Notes: generated by a model from the sequence alone, not told the origin. 63,433 bases of DNA, filler included, from Octopus bimaculoides (GCF_001194135.2; 3 parts of 2 records of this genome joined end to end with filler, not necessarily neighbours in it); one strand, 5' to 3'; counted from the whole stretch's first letter, positions 11,846 through 24,442 are shown. Program-made: numbers and translations.

Positions 11846-12295
11846 TGGAATGTAATAATGATAAGAAACAATAATATTACACCAGCATAATCTAAACACA
11901 TATAATTCAAGTCTACGAAAGAGCCAACCTGTTTGTGGCCACTAGACTCTCTAGAAACTACAACCATATTTCCCTCATGTTAAAGATCACATTGGAAAAT
12001 ACGAAAACAGATCTAGCGAGGCCGGATGATCATGGCTGGAACGATTTTGTTCAAAGAATGATCAAGATCTAAATAACATCAACAACACAAATATAGATCT
12101 ATATGTGTATATATGTGTCAAAGATGACAAAGATATAGCATTTTGGTTTTAAAATATTTATTCTAATCCACCTTTCAATTCTCCTGCACAGAACGGAATT
12201 AAGTGAAAGCTATTTAATAATGGACAGTACGTAATTTGGATATTAAATAATGTAGGAGAGTATTGTATGTCGCTTGAAGCATTGTGTATTGTTTG

Positions 12296-12588
12296 TAAAG
12301 AATAAAAAGTTTAGAATGGTACAACAATCCACTATAAAACAAAAAATAGACTATATACCTGCTGTAAATTGGTTATCTATAGTCCGTTGATATTTCGGAA
12401 TTACAATTCCTTCTTCAGATCTTCTTAGATGGAGTCTCTGCTATCGAGACTCCATCTAAGAAGATCTGAAGAAGGAATTGTAATTCCGAAATATCAACGG
12501 ACTATAGATAACCAATTTACAGCAGGTATATAGTCTATTTTTTGTTTTATAGTGGATTGTTGTACCATTCTAAACTTTTTATTCTTTA
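12296..12588. repeat. Perfect palindrome (143-bp arms, 7-nt loop) with hammerhead-like core, flanked by a 14-bp direct repeat
   Basis: Arms 12296-12438 and 12446-12588, loop tgctatc. tattaaataatgta at 12241-12254 and 12587-12600. CTGAAGA-A-GGAAT-tgta-ATTCC-GAAA at 12466-12491. Confidence 0.9.
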
Positions 12589-12926
12589 TTAAATAATGTA
12601 TATACAGAAAGTATATTAAATGAACCGAATACACCTCGACTAGAGAACAATTTAACGGAAACTTTATAAAAAGTCCCTCAAACAGAACTTACTATGCATT
12701 ACATTGAAATCATAAACCTCGAACACGAAAATTTGAAATATTCCCAATAACAGCAAATCACAAGCTTGGAAGCCATAGAATAAATTTGAAATCAAGAATT
12801 TTATAACTAAATTCAAATATAAATACGTAAAATTTATTTCTATGATTATTACGATGAATAGACAATTTCAAGTTTCTCGACAGCTGACTTGTTTTTTACA
12901 AAATCCAACCCGTAAAAAATATTTAC

Positions 12927-13033
12927 ATGATCGCTTGTCATGCCAAATATAGAAAACAAGTATCTATCGAATAACATGCTATCATCATAAAGGTAAGGGT
13001 ACATCTGATAATGTAGGCCAAGATATACAGTGC
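12927..13033 (-). CDS. Candidate coding exon of an unidentified gene (107 nt, phase 1 to 0)
   Basis: Acceptor aatcttttgttttcag|, donor CAT|gtaaat; open frame (G)TVYLGLHYQMYPYLYDDSMLFDRYLFSIFGMTSDH in non-repeat DNA. No homology recognised. Confidence 0.3.
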
Positions 13034-13515
13034 CTGAAAACAAAAGATTGAACTTTGTAGCTTGAATACCTTTGATCATAGATGTACTTGGTTGTGACTC
13101 ATGTGGATCTAAATAGCTGCAACATATACAACAATGAGCAATTTCAAAGTTATATTAAGTACGGAAAATCAAAACTAAATAGAAGGGTATTTATTTTCCA
13201 CGTGTCTTGAAAAGAACATATAAAATATTTGTCACGAATGCTAAATATATAGCAAAATATAAAACCAGCATTGTCATCCTAGCAAGAACCTAACATATGC
13301 AGCCACACCAACATTTTTCTGAAGTCCTGTAGCACATCTCATGTTAATATAAATTTTTTAACTCGATAATAACGAATGAAAATGGGGTGGGGGGAATGTG
13401 ATTCAATGAGTCTCTCCTGCCCTAAAAACCGTTTCTAAAAGTATTTTATCCAGAAACTAAAGCTTTCCGTTCTTATTACGCTTATGACCTGAATTCAAAA
13501 CCGGACATTTTGAAC

Positions 13516-14400
13516 TTTTTTATTCTTTTATTTGATAGTTCCAACTCGAGAGCTGCGGCCATGCTGGAGCACTGCCGTTAGCATTGCTACACTTTGACTA
13601 AACATTCTCTGATATGTGCAATTTAGTGGATAAGGGAGTTTGAAGTTGCTACTTCATCGGCGTTTCTTCTCGCGGTGTGGGTTCATCCGGAAATCTTGAC
13701 AGGAGGAGATCCAGTTTTGTTTTGAAGACACTGCATCCACACCATGTAGGTCTCTCAGGCCTAGCGGGAGGATATTGTAGAATTGTAGGCCCTTAAAACC
13801 CAAACTGTTGCAGTATCTGGTCCTGTATACTGATGGCAATGTTAGGATTTTTGGTACTATGGAGTGGCGTCCCGTTCTGCTGCTTGTATAAATTACAATG
13901 CCAAAATTAGGTACAAGTTCTTCTAAGATTTACTAGATATATATTATCGCATATCTTTCCTGCCTTCGTTCTAGGGAACAGAGCCTTGACTTGTTTAGTC
14001 TCTTTCAGTAATTGACATGTCGCATTAAAACGATCTTCTTTGTGTAGCTTCGCTGGATTGCTTCCAGTTCTGTCGTTAATTTTACACTGTGTAGGGACCA
14101 TAGTTGAGAGCAGTAATCTAAATGGCTGATGAAAAACGTCTTCCACAGACAGGATCATCATGCTTTCCTGTTCTCTCATTCTGAAAGTTCTAAGGATCCA
14201 TCCGGCCAACCATCAGCATTTTATTGCCAACTTAGTAATATGTACCTGGAAAAATGCATCATTACTCATGTTGATGTCCAGGTCGCACACTGATTTTGAT
14301 TTAGGGATTGCAATCCTGCTTGGGTCAGTATATCCTATTTTCTTTTCATTCAGCTTCACACGCTGGTAGTGCAGGGCTTGCAATTTTCTAGCATTAGATT
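13516..14400 (-). mobile_element. CR1/L2-group LINE 3' fragment
   Basis: MAGWILRTFRMRE..., RTRYCNSLGFKGLQFYNILP..LRDLHGV; 3' end cggcagtgctccagcatggccgcagctctcgag...taaaagaataaaa. Confidence 0.8.
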
Positions 14401-14863
14401 TGTGAAGTTATTAAACAGTTCGTTTTTCTAACCAAATACAGCACAATACATCATTTATTAAATATATATACTAAATGTTATACTTAATCAACACGCCATG
14501 CAATGAATGTACTTAGTTAAATATAGTCCCCACCCATAATGCATAAATGAATGATTCATACATATAAAGCATATGATAGAATATATTTTGTTCCATCCAA
14601 ATGCCAGAGAGGAAATGTCATGCTTGAAACGTTTCCTGATTTCATTTTGTCAATAAATGATTTCTAATACACTCACATTTATTTTATCAACTACGAATAG
14701 ATTAAGACAAAGTCGATCGGGATTGCATTTGATCTCAGAATATTCAGAGTCGTAACAAATTCTGTTTCTGCGACGCTTTGGCGGTTCACCTAATTCAAGT
14801 GACAAATATCTATAATATAAAGGACTATGGTAGAATAATCGAGCTTTCCATACGTCAAAATCA

Positions 14864-15222
14864 TGGCACTCCGTCGGTTACGACGACAAGGGTTCCAAGT
14901 GATCCGATCAACAGAATAGCCTACTCGTAAAATTAACGTGCAAGTGGCTGAGCACTCCACAGACACGTGTACCTTTAACGTAATTCTCGAGGAAATTCAG
15001 CGTGACACAGTGTGATAAGGCTGGCCCTTCGAAATACAGGTACAACAGAAACAGGATGAGTGATAGAAAGAGTACAGTAGAGTTCGCTACCACCCCCTAC
15101 CGGCGCCTCATGGAGCTTTAACTGTTTTCACTCAATAAACACCCAAAATGCTCGGTCTGGGAATCGAAACCGCGATCCTAAGACAGAGAGTCCGCTGCCT
15201 TAACCACTGGGTCATTGCGCCT
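14864..15222 (-). mobile_element. tRNA-derived SINE (family B), near full length
   Basis: Minus-strand head aggcgcaatgacccagtggttaagg (A box) ... ggtttcgattcc (B box), followed by a non-tRNA body ending gtcgtaaccgacggagtgcca. Confidence 0.8.
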
Positions 15223-15491
15223 GCATGTACGTCAAAATACTTATCTAAATTATATATAAAGAACATGGTATTCAACATTCTTAGCAGCTTTTCAAAGGAA
15301 CTAAAATGTATCTCCCACAATTTTATTAATTTCCACGATATATTATGAGCGTGAGCCAGTATAGGAGCTACTGCATAGTCAATAAGATGTGTTAGCTATC
15401 AATCCAAATTTCACCTTAAGCCTCAAATTACCATTTTAGGCACTGAACAATGGATATAATAGTCCTAAACTTATTATCTGAAAATAAGGCG

Positions 15492-15530
15492 AGATATCCA
15501 TGACTACAACGCTTGTAGTCATGGATATCT
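15492..15530. repeat. Perfect 18-bp-arm hairpin
   Basis: agatatccatgactacaa-cgc-ttgtagtcatggatatct. Confidence 0.9.
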
Positions 15531-15940
15531 GAACCGAGCTAACCTGCGGCTAAAGAATAATACAGTTAAGTTATACAAAACAAATATTCTAAGGAGCCCT
15601 ATACGTTGCATCCAAATTAAATTCAATGTTTCTGAAAGTTACCAACACAGCCAAATACTTGTGAATATTCCCTCTTAATGCCACTTTTGAAACACCATTA
15701 TTTTTATTTTTATAAGCTTGTTTACCTTTTACGACGATACATTTTATTGGGTTTCATAATATTTCAGCTGCAAAACCAGGCGGAAGTATGGTTGTGTCAG
15801 TAAAAGTGCGTTTCACAGCCACATGATTCCATATTCGCACAATTTTAGGCAGGTGTACTATTCTGTATCTTTCGGGTGACCAATACTTTGCGAGTTAAAC
15901 TGTATAAACCTAAGTTATACAGAAGTACCTCATATATACA

Positions 15941-15976
<36 letters not shown>

Positions 15977-15978
<2 letters not shown>

Positions 15979-16896
15979 AAAGAGGGTTTGAAAATGCAGA
16001 GGTTTTTAAAGATGTTTATTGACTTGACCGGTTTCACTTTTTTAAAAAAAAGATTATCAAAAGTAAAATGTAAAGCTTTGCATAAGCTTATGATAACCGT
16101 TAAAAATGGTTATCATAATTGTATTAAAATAGAGTTATACAGTCTCTGATAATGATAAGAAAATGTTAAAAAATAGTATCTTTGACAATGATAAGAAAAT
16201 GTTAAGAGAAGATTTTTGTTTAAACAGTTTACATGAAAGTGTTCAAAATGGGTAGTATATTTTTAGAAATAGTGTGGAAGGCTGGTTGGTGAGGGACGGC
16301 ATTGTGGAATCAAAAGGAGTTTTTTTTTTTTTTTGAGCTAGTCTGTCTATGAACGACTGAACCATGACAGACTAGCCCAGAAACAAAAAAGTCCTTTTGA
16401 TTCCACAATGCTCTCCCCCACCAACCAACCTCCCACACTATTTCTAGAAATAGCAAACATTTCTCATGCACACACTACAAGACAGGAGATGATGGATGGA
16501 AAGGTTGGTCATTCCCCTAAAATTTTGTATAAATACTTAAATATGATTCCTTCTGTATATATGCTTCTATACAACCATGATTTTTGATGAACTTAAAATA
16601 ATTATAAATTTATTTTACTACCCATTTTGAACACTTTCATGTAAACTGTTTAAATAAAAAGCCCCTCTTAACATTTTCTTATCATTGTCAAAGATTCTAT
16701 TTTTTAACATTTTCTTATCATTACCAAAGACTGTATAACTGTATTTTAATACAATTATGATAACCATTTTTTAACACAACAAAGCTTATACAAAGCTTTG
16801 CATTTTACTTTCGATAATCTTTTTTTTTAAAAAAAAAGCGTAACCGGTCAATACAATAAACAACTTTAAAAGACCTCTGCATTTTCAAACCTTTCC
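15977..16896. mobile_element. Foldback-type non-autonomous DNA element (about 280-bp TIRs, internal hairpin) in a (TA)n site
   Basis: 15977-16257 is the reverse complement of 16616-16896 with scattered mismatches. TIRs carry a tandem subrepeat (aatgataagaaaatgttaa x2). A second inverted repeat of about 90 bp spans 16260-16451. Both ends are flanked by TATA. Confidence 0.85.
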
Positions 16897-19209
16897 TATA
16901 TATTTTCACTCGTGCAGTACCTTGTAAGTTTACTCTGTTATAAATATATACATATATCTATATATGTACACATGCATGTATGTGTATGCATATGGATGGA
17001 TGTGTCTGCAACGCACTATCTAACATATTTATATCTTATAGCCAACACTGTGCTTTACGGCAGTTGTAAGTAATTTGTCAGTGAAATATGTGCGCTGACA
17101 GAAAAGGAGGGAGCAGTCATACGTGTTTCAATTTTTGATGAATTAATTATCAGGAACTATGTTCCCAACAAACATATTGAACAGATGAATTCTTTACAAT
17201 CGTTGTAACATACATATGTATGTTCTATTGTACATTATAACAAGGAAACCAAAAATTCTAGTTTACTATACATGCACATGTGTGTGTCTGTCTGTTTATC
17301 TATATCATGTTGTTCGTCGGTGAATACCGACAAACGGTATGAACAAATGAAAAAACTTCAAAGGTAGTAACGTATGAACAAAGTCTCGAGAGATGTTACA
17401 TGCACCCAGATTGTCAGAAATGCAGTAAATCATGTGAGTGGCTGCTGGGAACGTGTAACAAAACGACGCTATTATTCAGAAATTGAGATATAAAATAGAC
17501 ATAATGAAATAAGAATGCCATTTAAAGTAAATCAAATGCAATATACTGTTAATATATTGCCCACTGATTCAGTAATCAAGTTATTTTGTGGCATTCTTTA
17601 AATATACAATGGTTGGATATTCGGATTTAGAAATTACAAACCTACAAATATTTATTCGAAATATTGATAAAACTCATTAATATGCTTTTCAAACAACTGT
17701 TATCAATTTAAATAAAATATTCACAATGGTATTATAACTGTGATGTCCATTTTAAAAAGCGATCTTCTCGTTTTGACAAGATTTATTCCTGTCATCTAAA
17801 TTGGTGATCAACGTATTTCTTTGCAGTTCATGCAATCATTTCATTGTGCATGTAGTTTACATTTCATCTGAAGATATTTAACTATACATTGTATTATAAC
17901 TGAATGTCAATCGTTTCTTTAGCATCCAATCCATTGATAATATCTAAAATTGCAAATGTCATATCTATTAATATAAATTGCGTGTACTTTAATTAATAAT
18001 AACAAATATTCTATGTTGAATACTAGTAACGCAAGTAGCAGATTTTGAAACAAAGGAGCTATTCGATAACCATATAATACGGAAAGGGAATCTCAATAAA
18101 TTTTGAAGATACTATACTAAAAGTGGTGAATAATAATTTAATGAGCAAAATTATCCATATTCTCTCAGAGTACTTTATGCGGTCTGGGCGCAGAGAAAGC
18201 TTGCTGTTAAAGGATTTATCTTCGTAATCAAGTCTCTCGTTTAATTCCGATATGAGGGTTATTGGAAAGATATCTTCTGGTATAATTTCAGGTTGCTGAA
18301 AGTCTTGCGGTTGAAATTATATAGGGAAGAAACAGTAATGAATCCTTTCCAACTGCACCAGTTCTCGGATAGTAGAACTGATCTGTCACCGGTTTATCCC
18401 CATCGCATAGACCGTGAATGACATTAGCAGCGTTCATTTCGTTTCAAGCATTCAGACCAGAGATCTGGTTGTAGTTTACTTCTCTCTTCTCTCCAATTAG
18501 TATCAGAGAATCCTTGAAAGCAAAAGCATAAAGTCTGAAGTGTAGTCCTTCCACCTCACACTTAGTCGTAAACAAGAAGCAATATACATTTTCAGTAGAT
18601 ATATTTTATATAGTGATTTCTACTGGCAGTATTTATATCTTTTAAATATAGTTGATCAAAATGAAAAAAAAAAAAGAAATTGCTTTTTTCAATTATGCTA
18701 CTGGTCGCATTACTTTGAAAGTTTCGCACGTATGTCAATAAGACGAATATTAACATGAATTACCCAGAATCTATTTTAGAATACCTATTTCAATATTTCT
18801 TTTGAATTCAAACATTTATAGACTTTAATATCTTCGAATAATGGAACAGTTTGTGTATTTACTACGCTGTAATATATTTTAAATTACTTTACAATAAAAA
18901 ATCTGGAATCCTTCATTAGATACATTTAAAATCTTTAGTCGGGTTTGATGATCTTTTGAGATTTAAGATAAGCCATTCTAGATTTCCAGCTTTTGTTTTA
19001 CTGTGAATTTAACTTCATGTTCACTATCGATTTTGTACTGATTAACGTAGTGATATTAAATTACATTGGAAAAAAGATGGCTGCAATATTTCATCGCATT
19101 CTACGTAATATTTCAAATTACTCTTAGAATTTATCTGCTTGTCCCTGACAAAAAGTTATCTCTGATGTATGCATGTATGTATGTATTATTAGAATCTGTG
19201 TTACCACAA

Positions 19210-19395
19210 AGTGGTGAGCAGGCAGAATCATTAGTACGCTGGACAAAATGCTTAGCGGCCTTTCTACTGGTTTCATGTTCCTAGTTCAAGCTCCTCGCTG
19301 ATCGACTTACCTTTCAAGGTCGATAAAATAAGTATCAGGTAAGTATAATCGACTACCCACCTCCTCTAAAATTTCACGTTTTGTTTTTTCAATAG
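19210..19395 (+). mobile_element. SINE family C copy
   Basis: ggtgagcaggcagaatcattagtacgctggacaaaatgcttagcgg...gtcgataaaataagtatcag. Confidence 0.75.
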
Positions 19396-20667
19396 ACAGA
19401 AAAATATGTAAATTATCTCGCAGTATACCTTTTAAAAATTAAATATATAAAGATTTTCTTTTATATTAAGCTCGACAGCGTTTCCATTTTCAATTTCATT
19501 ATGAAAATAGTTCGCCTTCTCAAATTTTATCAGCAAAAGGCATCAGTCTGAAGTACAGTCATTTATAGCAGATTTAATCCAGGTATAAGAGATATGTTGA
19601 TCAAGTTACATATTCTTTTAATTATCATGCTATTGGATGATAACTTAACCATCGATATGAAAATGAAAATACATCATAGATCAAGATATCTATATTGGAT
19701 TATCGAAAGCTAAATCTGCAACATTATTTCGCCAGAAAATATTAATTTTTTCATATAAATTTATCAAACAGTACACATATACATATACATACACATACTT
19801 ATTATTCCTTATCTAATACAACGCTTTCTAGAATTCACGGTATTTATTCAATTTAAGATATTTGGTTTCAATAATTTTATTTTATGTATTGAAAGCTTAA
19901 TAGTGGAACTAACATTAAATATACAGTATAAAACATTCACGATATAAAGTTACTAATGTATAATATCTTCCAATTTATGTTGTATTTTAAGATCTTTTAA
20001 CTTCAGTTAGGATCACTAAATAACACATATTAAATAGAAAACTTTTTAATAATGAAGAATGAACTGGAAGTGTTCTTCGACGGTATAAGTGCAAAATAGT
20101 CGTTTGTATATCATATGTGTTGATGAGGTTGTGAGATTTAGTTGTACGATGTACGAATGAAGAAAACTACCAAAGGTGTATGGTGTTAACAAATGTTTGC
20201 ATTGCTCAGAAGAGCAACATACTTCTAGTCATGTAATGTCTACATAGAAATAACGTTGACACATTTGCTAGACAACTTGAGGCGATAGGATAATTTTGGC
20301 TGTCTTGACTAAGTACTGATGTGACAATACATATGAACAGAGATGGTCTTGGCTGGATTTTAGAAATGAAAACTTGATAAAGATTATCTTTCTGTGATAT
20401 AGGTATGTGAGGATACTTCAGGGTGTGATAATAAGGTCAAAAGCGAAGACAAGCCATGTGTATCGAATTCACTGAGTATGATGATTACGGAGACAGACAG
20501 ACAGAAACAGAGAGAGAGAGGTGATTTGATGCACCTTGAAACACGCCAAAAACTGTGGACAATGGGATTTCGAAAAGCTTAGCAACTGAAACTAGTGAAT
20601 TAATTGAAAGTCACAGTTACTGTCGAGGAAGTTAATGATAAGAAACGTGGATCCTACGTAAGCTGAA

Positions 20668-21740
20668 GAATGACCTTTTAAACAGAATGCTGAATATAAG
20701 CGTAGCCTTAATTTCGGGGGTTGGTTAGAGGAAGACGTAGAAAAATATGTGTCATATGGCCTAAGTCTTAATATAGGGTACTGACTAGAAAAGGACTAAA
20801 CTACACTAAACAAGGCAATTTGTCTGGTGCTCTACGAGTTCTGTCATCCTCAGTTTGAAGTGGATGTATTAAAGTTTAGACTAGAATTATACAATGAAAA
20901 TCTGATTGAAGAAACAAAAAATTAATTGTATCCTTCGCAGACAAATGATTTTACCAAATGAATGATGAATGCCATTTTTATTTCAATATTTATATACATT
21001 TCTAAGATTTCCATGAATTTCACTTACAAGTAACACAATTATTTGATAAATAAAATCCAACGATAGAATTTCAGTAATGTAATGAAACCTGAAAATGCCA
21101 AAATATATACATACTATTTATTGTAGTTGTGTTAATATGGAGATAGATCCTGAGTTGTAGATTTCTCTTTTCAACGGAACGTGTAGAATAGTATGTATAC
21201 AAGTAACAAAGAAAGGTCTTAAATACGCAGTTAAAAGCACAACCTATTTCACTCTCCATCCTTCTTGTTTGTCAGCCAACCTCAGGTTTTCTGCCACTTT
21301 GTTCCCTGTCTACTCATGACACTTTATAACATGTTAAATAGTTTGCTTTACATTTACAGGAAAAGTTATATCAAAGCTACTAACGTTATTTTGTTCAATA
21401 GATTTATCGCAACCGATATTTATAAGCATTACAAGATATCTGTGGATATTTCCAGTTCGCGCGCGCACGCGCACACTCACACAAACAGAAGCGCGCGCGC
21501 GCATGCACACACTCAGAGGCATAAATAATGAAACGTTGCTTAGCCTGTAAAAAATAGCTACCAATTATCCATCAAATTACGTTATACAGTCTTAAGGCAA
21601 ACCGAATGACCTTTTAAACAGAATGCTAAATATAAGCGTGGCCTTGATTTCGGGTGTTGGTTAGAGGAAGACGTAGAAAAACATGTATCAGAATGAACCA
21701 TGTGACCTAAGTCTTAATATAGGGTACTGACTAGAAAAGG
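20668..21740 (+). repeat. About 130-bp diverged direct repeat (20668-20794, 21604-21740)
   Basis: gaatgaccttttaaacagaatgct...gtcttaatatagggtactgactagaaaagg twice; the second copy has an insertion of about 10 nt. Confidence 0.85.
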
Positions 21741-21784
21741 TCCTAGATGTCAATAGTTTTAAGATACACCTTGCGAATGCTCTG

Positions 21785-23000
21785 GGATGCACTGTCAGTT
21801 ATGTTTCTAGTGTCTTAGGGTGTTTCGGTTATTTCAACATCGGACCCTCTCGCTCAGTTGTCCCAGATGGGGTTGATCAGATTCCAGATTGCAACACTTG
21901 TCTTCCCCTTTTATCTTAAGCCACTTAGGGGCCTTCTCTGCAGCTTCAGTGATGGAATGTATAGCTCTCCTCTTTTCTGCACAAGTAATTCCAGATCCAG
22001 TCAGAGCTTTCAACAATGAGCAATCTGTAAAACCTCGACAACCCATTTCTGTTGCTTCACAACTTCCTTCCATCCCCGATTTCTGCACTGCTCTAGCAGC
22101 CTCTGGAATCTGGCAAGCTTCTTCTCATAGGCTTCTTCTAAGTGTTCTTGTAACGGCACTGTCTGTTCCCACGTGAACACCTGTTTAGTAGAATTTGAGA
22201 TCACTATATCTGAGCAGAGTATTGTTGGGACGATGTGATCAGGGAACTTCAACCGTTTCACTCTCAGCAGCCAGTCTGGGACTGTGGAAAGTTGAAGTTG
22301 AAGTTTCAGTGAAGACTCCGGTTTTGAGAAAAGTGATGCCTTCTTTCCTGAAGCCGTATGTACTGGACTGAATGACTGTTGATAACCGCCATGAGCACCT
22401 GGTTGTGCCACCAGCGGTGACGGCCATCACCTAAGGTACTGAGGCAGCTGCTCAGGAGGTTTTTGTTGAAGGGACCTTCTGTGAATGCATAAGGGACAGG
22501 TTGGTGTTTCACTTCTGCCCCATGTGTGAAAGTTTGTTGGACTTGGTAAAATGTCGTACACATCCTGGATTAGTAATCTGATACACTGGACATTAGCGCA
22601 CCAGATATCCAACCAGGTGATGTTCTGGTACTGTATATTGGCTCACCTTCTCCAGGCTTCTTTTTAGCTTAAGTTCCACTATCGTGCTAGCACTTGCTTC
22701 CTCAGTGCTTGTGCGAACTTCTTGGAGTAGTCGTTTTCGTTCGTTTTCTTTGGTGATTCCAGTCTGGTAGGTTGGAAAGTAACCCACAGTTGATTTCCCT
22801 ATTGCCTCACTCCCAGCCAGAGTCCTCTGCCTCAACCGTTCCTCTGCCACCCGAAACACTGACAGTAATCCATTTTCTACCTTTGCAAACTTCAAAGCCA
22901 ACAGCTACTTTGTGTCACTTGAATATCTGTACTTCATGGCCACTTTTGTTTTTGCCACTATGGATTCCTCTGACATGCTGCTGAATGGGAGATGTCAGGT
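21785..23000 (-). mobile_element. Second HERO-like RLE non-LTR fragment
   Basis: LIQDVYDILPSPTNFHTWG...PTCPLC; GDGRHRWWHNQVL; SDIVISNSTKQV..WEQTVP..E; EMGCRGF...AAEKAPKWLKIK. Confidence 0.85.
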
Positions 23001-23044
23001 GTTAGCTGACATAATAATCAAATATTTGGAGAAAAAATACCTAA

Positions 23045-23467
23045 TTGCTGATATACAGTGCAGCCTCTTCTGACCAAAATATTGCCCAAAAGGAAGTGGA
23101 GAAATTGCAAATTACAAAGACCTCGAAATTGAAGTATTCAAGATGTGGGGCATGAAGGTGAAAGTAATACTAGTAGTAAGTAGAGCATTGGGTACGATAA
23201 AAAAATATATATGAACAAAACCGTAGAAACTATACCTGGACCCTCAACATTACACACTATCCAAAACATAGCCCTACTAGAAACAGCCCATATCCACCGC
23301 GCAAGAAACTATCAGTTCAATAAAACAATCCTCAAACACAACACACACTCAATATAGCAAATATGCAATAAAATAAACAGCCACCAACAGGCCAGTTTAC
23401 CCAACGGAAGAACACAATGAATACAACCGGCATTACACACAATACAAACACTAATTCAACCAAATAT

Positions 23468-23470
<3 letters not shown>
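23045..23470 (+). mobile_element. R4/Dong-like non-LTR 3' fragment (diverged family), ends TGAATAAT
   Basis: KEVEK..YKDLEIEVFKMWGMKVKVILVV..ALG...IQNIALLETAHI, then a 3' UTR running into (AAT)n. Confidence 0.7.
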
Positions 23471-23552
<82 letters not shown>

Positions 23553-23619
23553 CAACAACAACAACAACAACAACAACGACGACGACGACGACGACGACGA
23601 CGATGATGATGATGATGAT
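23468..23619. repeat. Compound trinucleotide tract (AAT)n(AAC)n(GAC)n(GAT)n
   Basis: Directly visible. Confidence 0.95.
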
Positions 23620-24030
23620 AAAACGTAAAAAAAGATGGTATAGGCACACGCCAGAGAAGGTTACAGAAAATGAGAAAGCAACCAAAATCCGGTATATGTC
23701 AATATATATAGATAGAGAAATTAAGGCCAATAGGTCGGATATAGTTGTCAGAGATCACCAAGAAAAAAAATCGATGTATCAATAAAAATAGATAACAACG
23801 TTTCCCAAAAAGAAACGGAGAAACTTTCAAAATACAAAGATTTGGAAATAGAGGTAACTCGAATCTGGAGCCTGAAAATAGAAACAATTCCTATCCGTAG
23901 AAGGCGCATTAGGTATGATAAAAAGCATTCAGACAAATGCATAATAAAAACACCAGGACTTACAGGTATATATAACATACAGAAAATAGCACTACTAGGT
24001 AGTGCACACATCCTACGTAAAACAAGCTTC
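23620..24030 (+). mobile_element. R4/Dong-like non-LTR 3' fragment
   Basis: KRWYRHTPEKVTENEKAT...DREIKANRSDIVVRDH...KETEKLSKYKDLEIEVTRIW...QKIALLGSAHILRK (PD-D/E-xK-type RLE). Confidence 0.9.
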
Positions 24031-24442
24031 AGACAAAGTACTGGAATCGATCAAATCGACTTCGCCTATCTCCCGAAATCTCAAGCCTTGTGGTTATAGT
24101 AGAAAGAATCATTATTGCTGTTGTTGTTCTTGTTTTTATTAATAATAACAACAGCTGCTGGTGTTTTTATTTTTGTAGTTGTTGTTATTATTATTACTCC
24201 GCATCTATATCTAACCTTTCTATTATTTTTTTTTAATCATTCAAACACCAAGGGCTTTGAGAGTCTATGGCTGTTATTCTTGAGACTATAACAAATTTCA
24301 GAAGGTCGAAAAAATCATAGTACAGTTCACAGAAAATTATTGCCGAGAGTTGTGACGAGAATGCTTATCTTCCATCTATGCAAAGCCATAACATCTTTGA
24401 AAGTAAACATTGACATATTTCAATCTAATTTTATTCTCGTAC

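Noticed and set aside
14864-15222. tRNA-like A/B boxes
   Set aside because: No cloverleaf, and it continues into a SINE body; these are SINE heads, not tRNA genes.
17380-17490. Cys-rich frame CYMHPDCQKCSKSCEW with a gtgagt donor-like site
   Set aside because: No credible acceptor or start and no recognised family.
945-21740. Similar spacing (about 0.94 kb) of two direct-repeat pairs
   Set aside because: The sequences are unrelated and differ in age; treated as coincidence.
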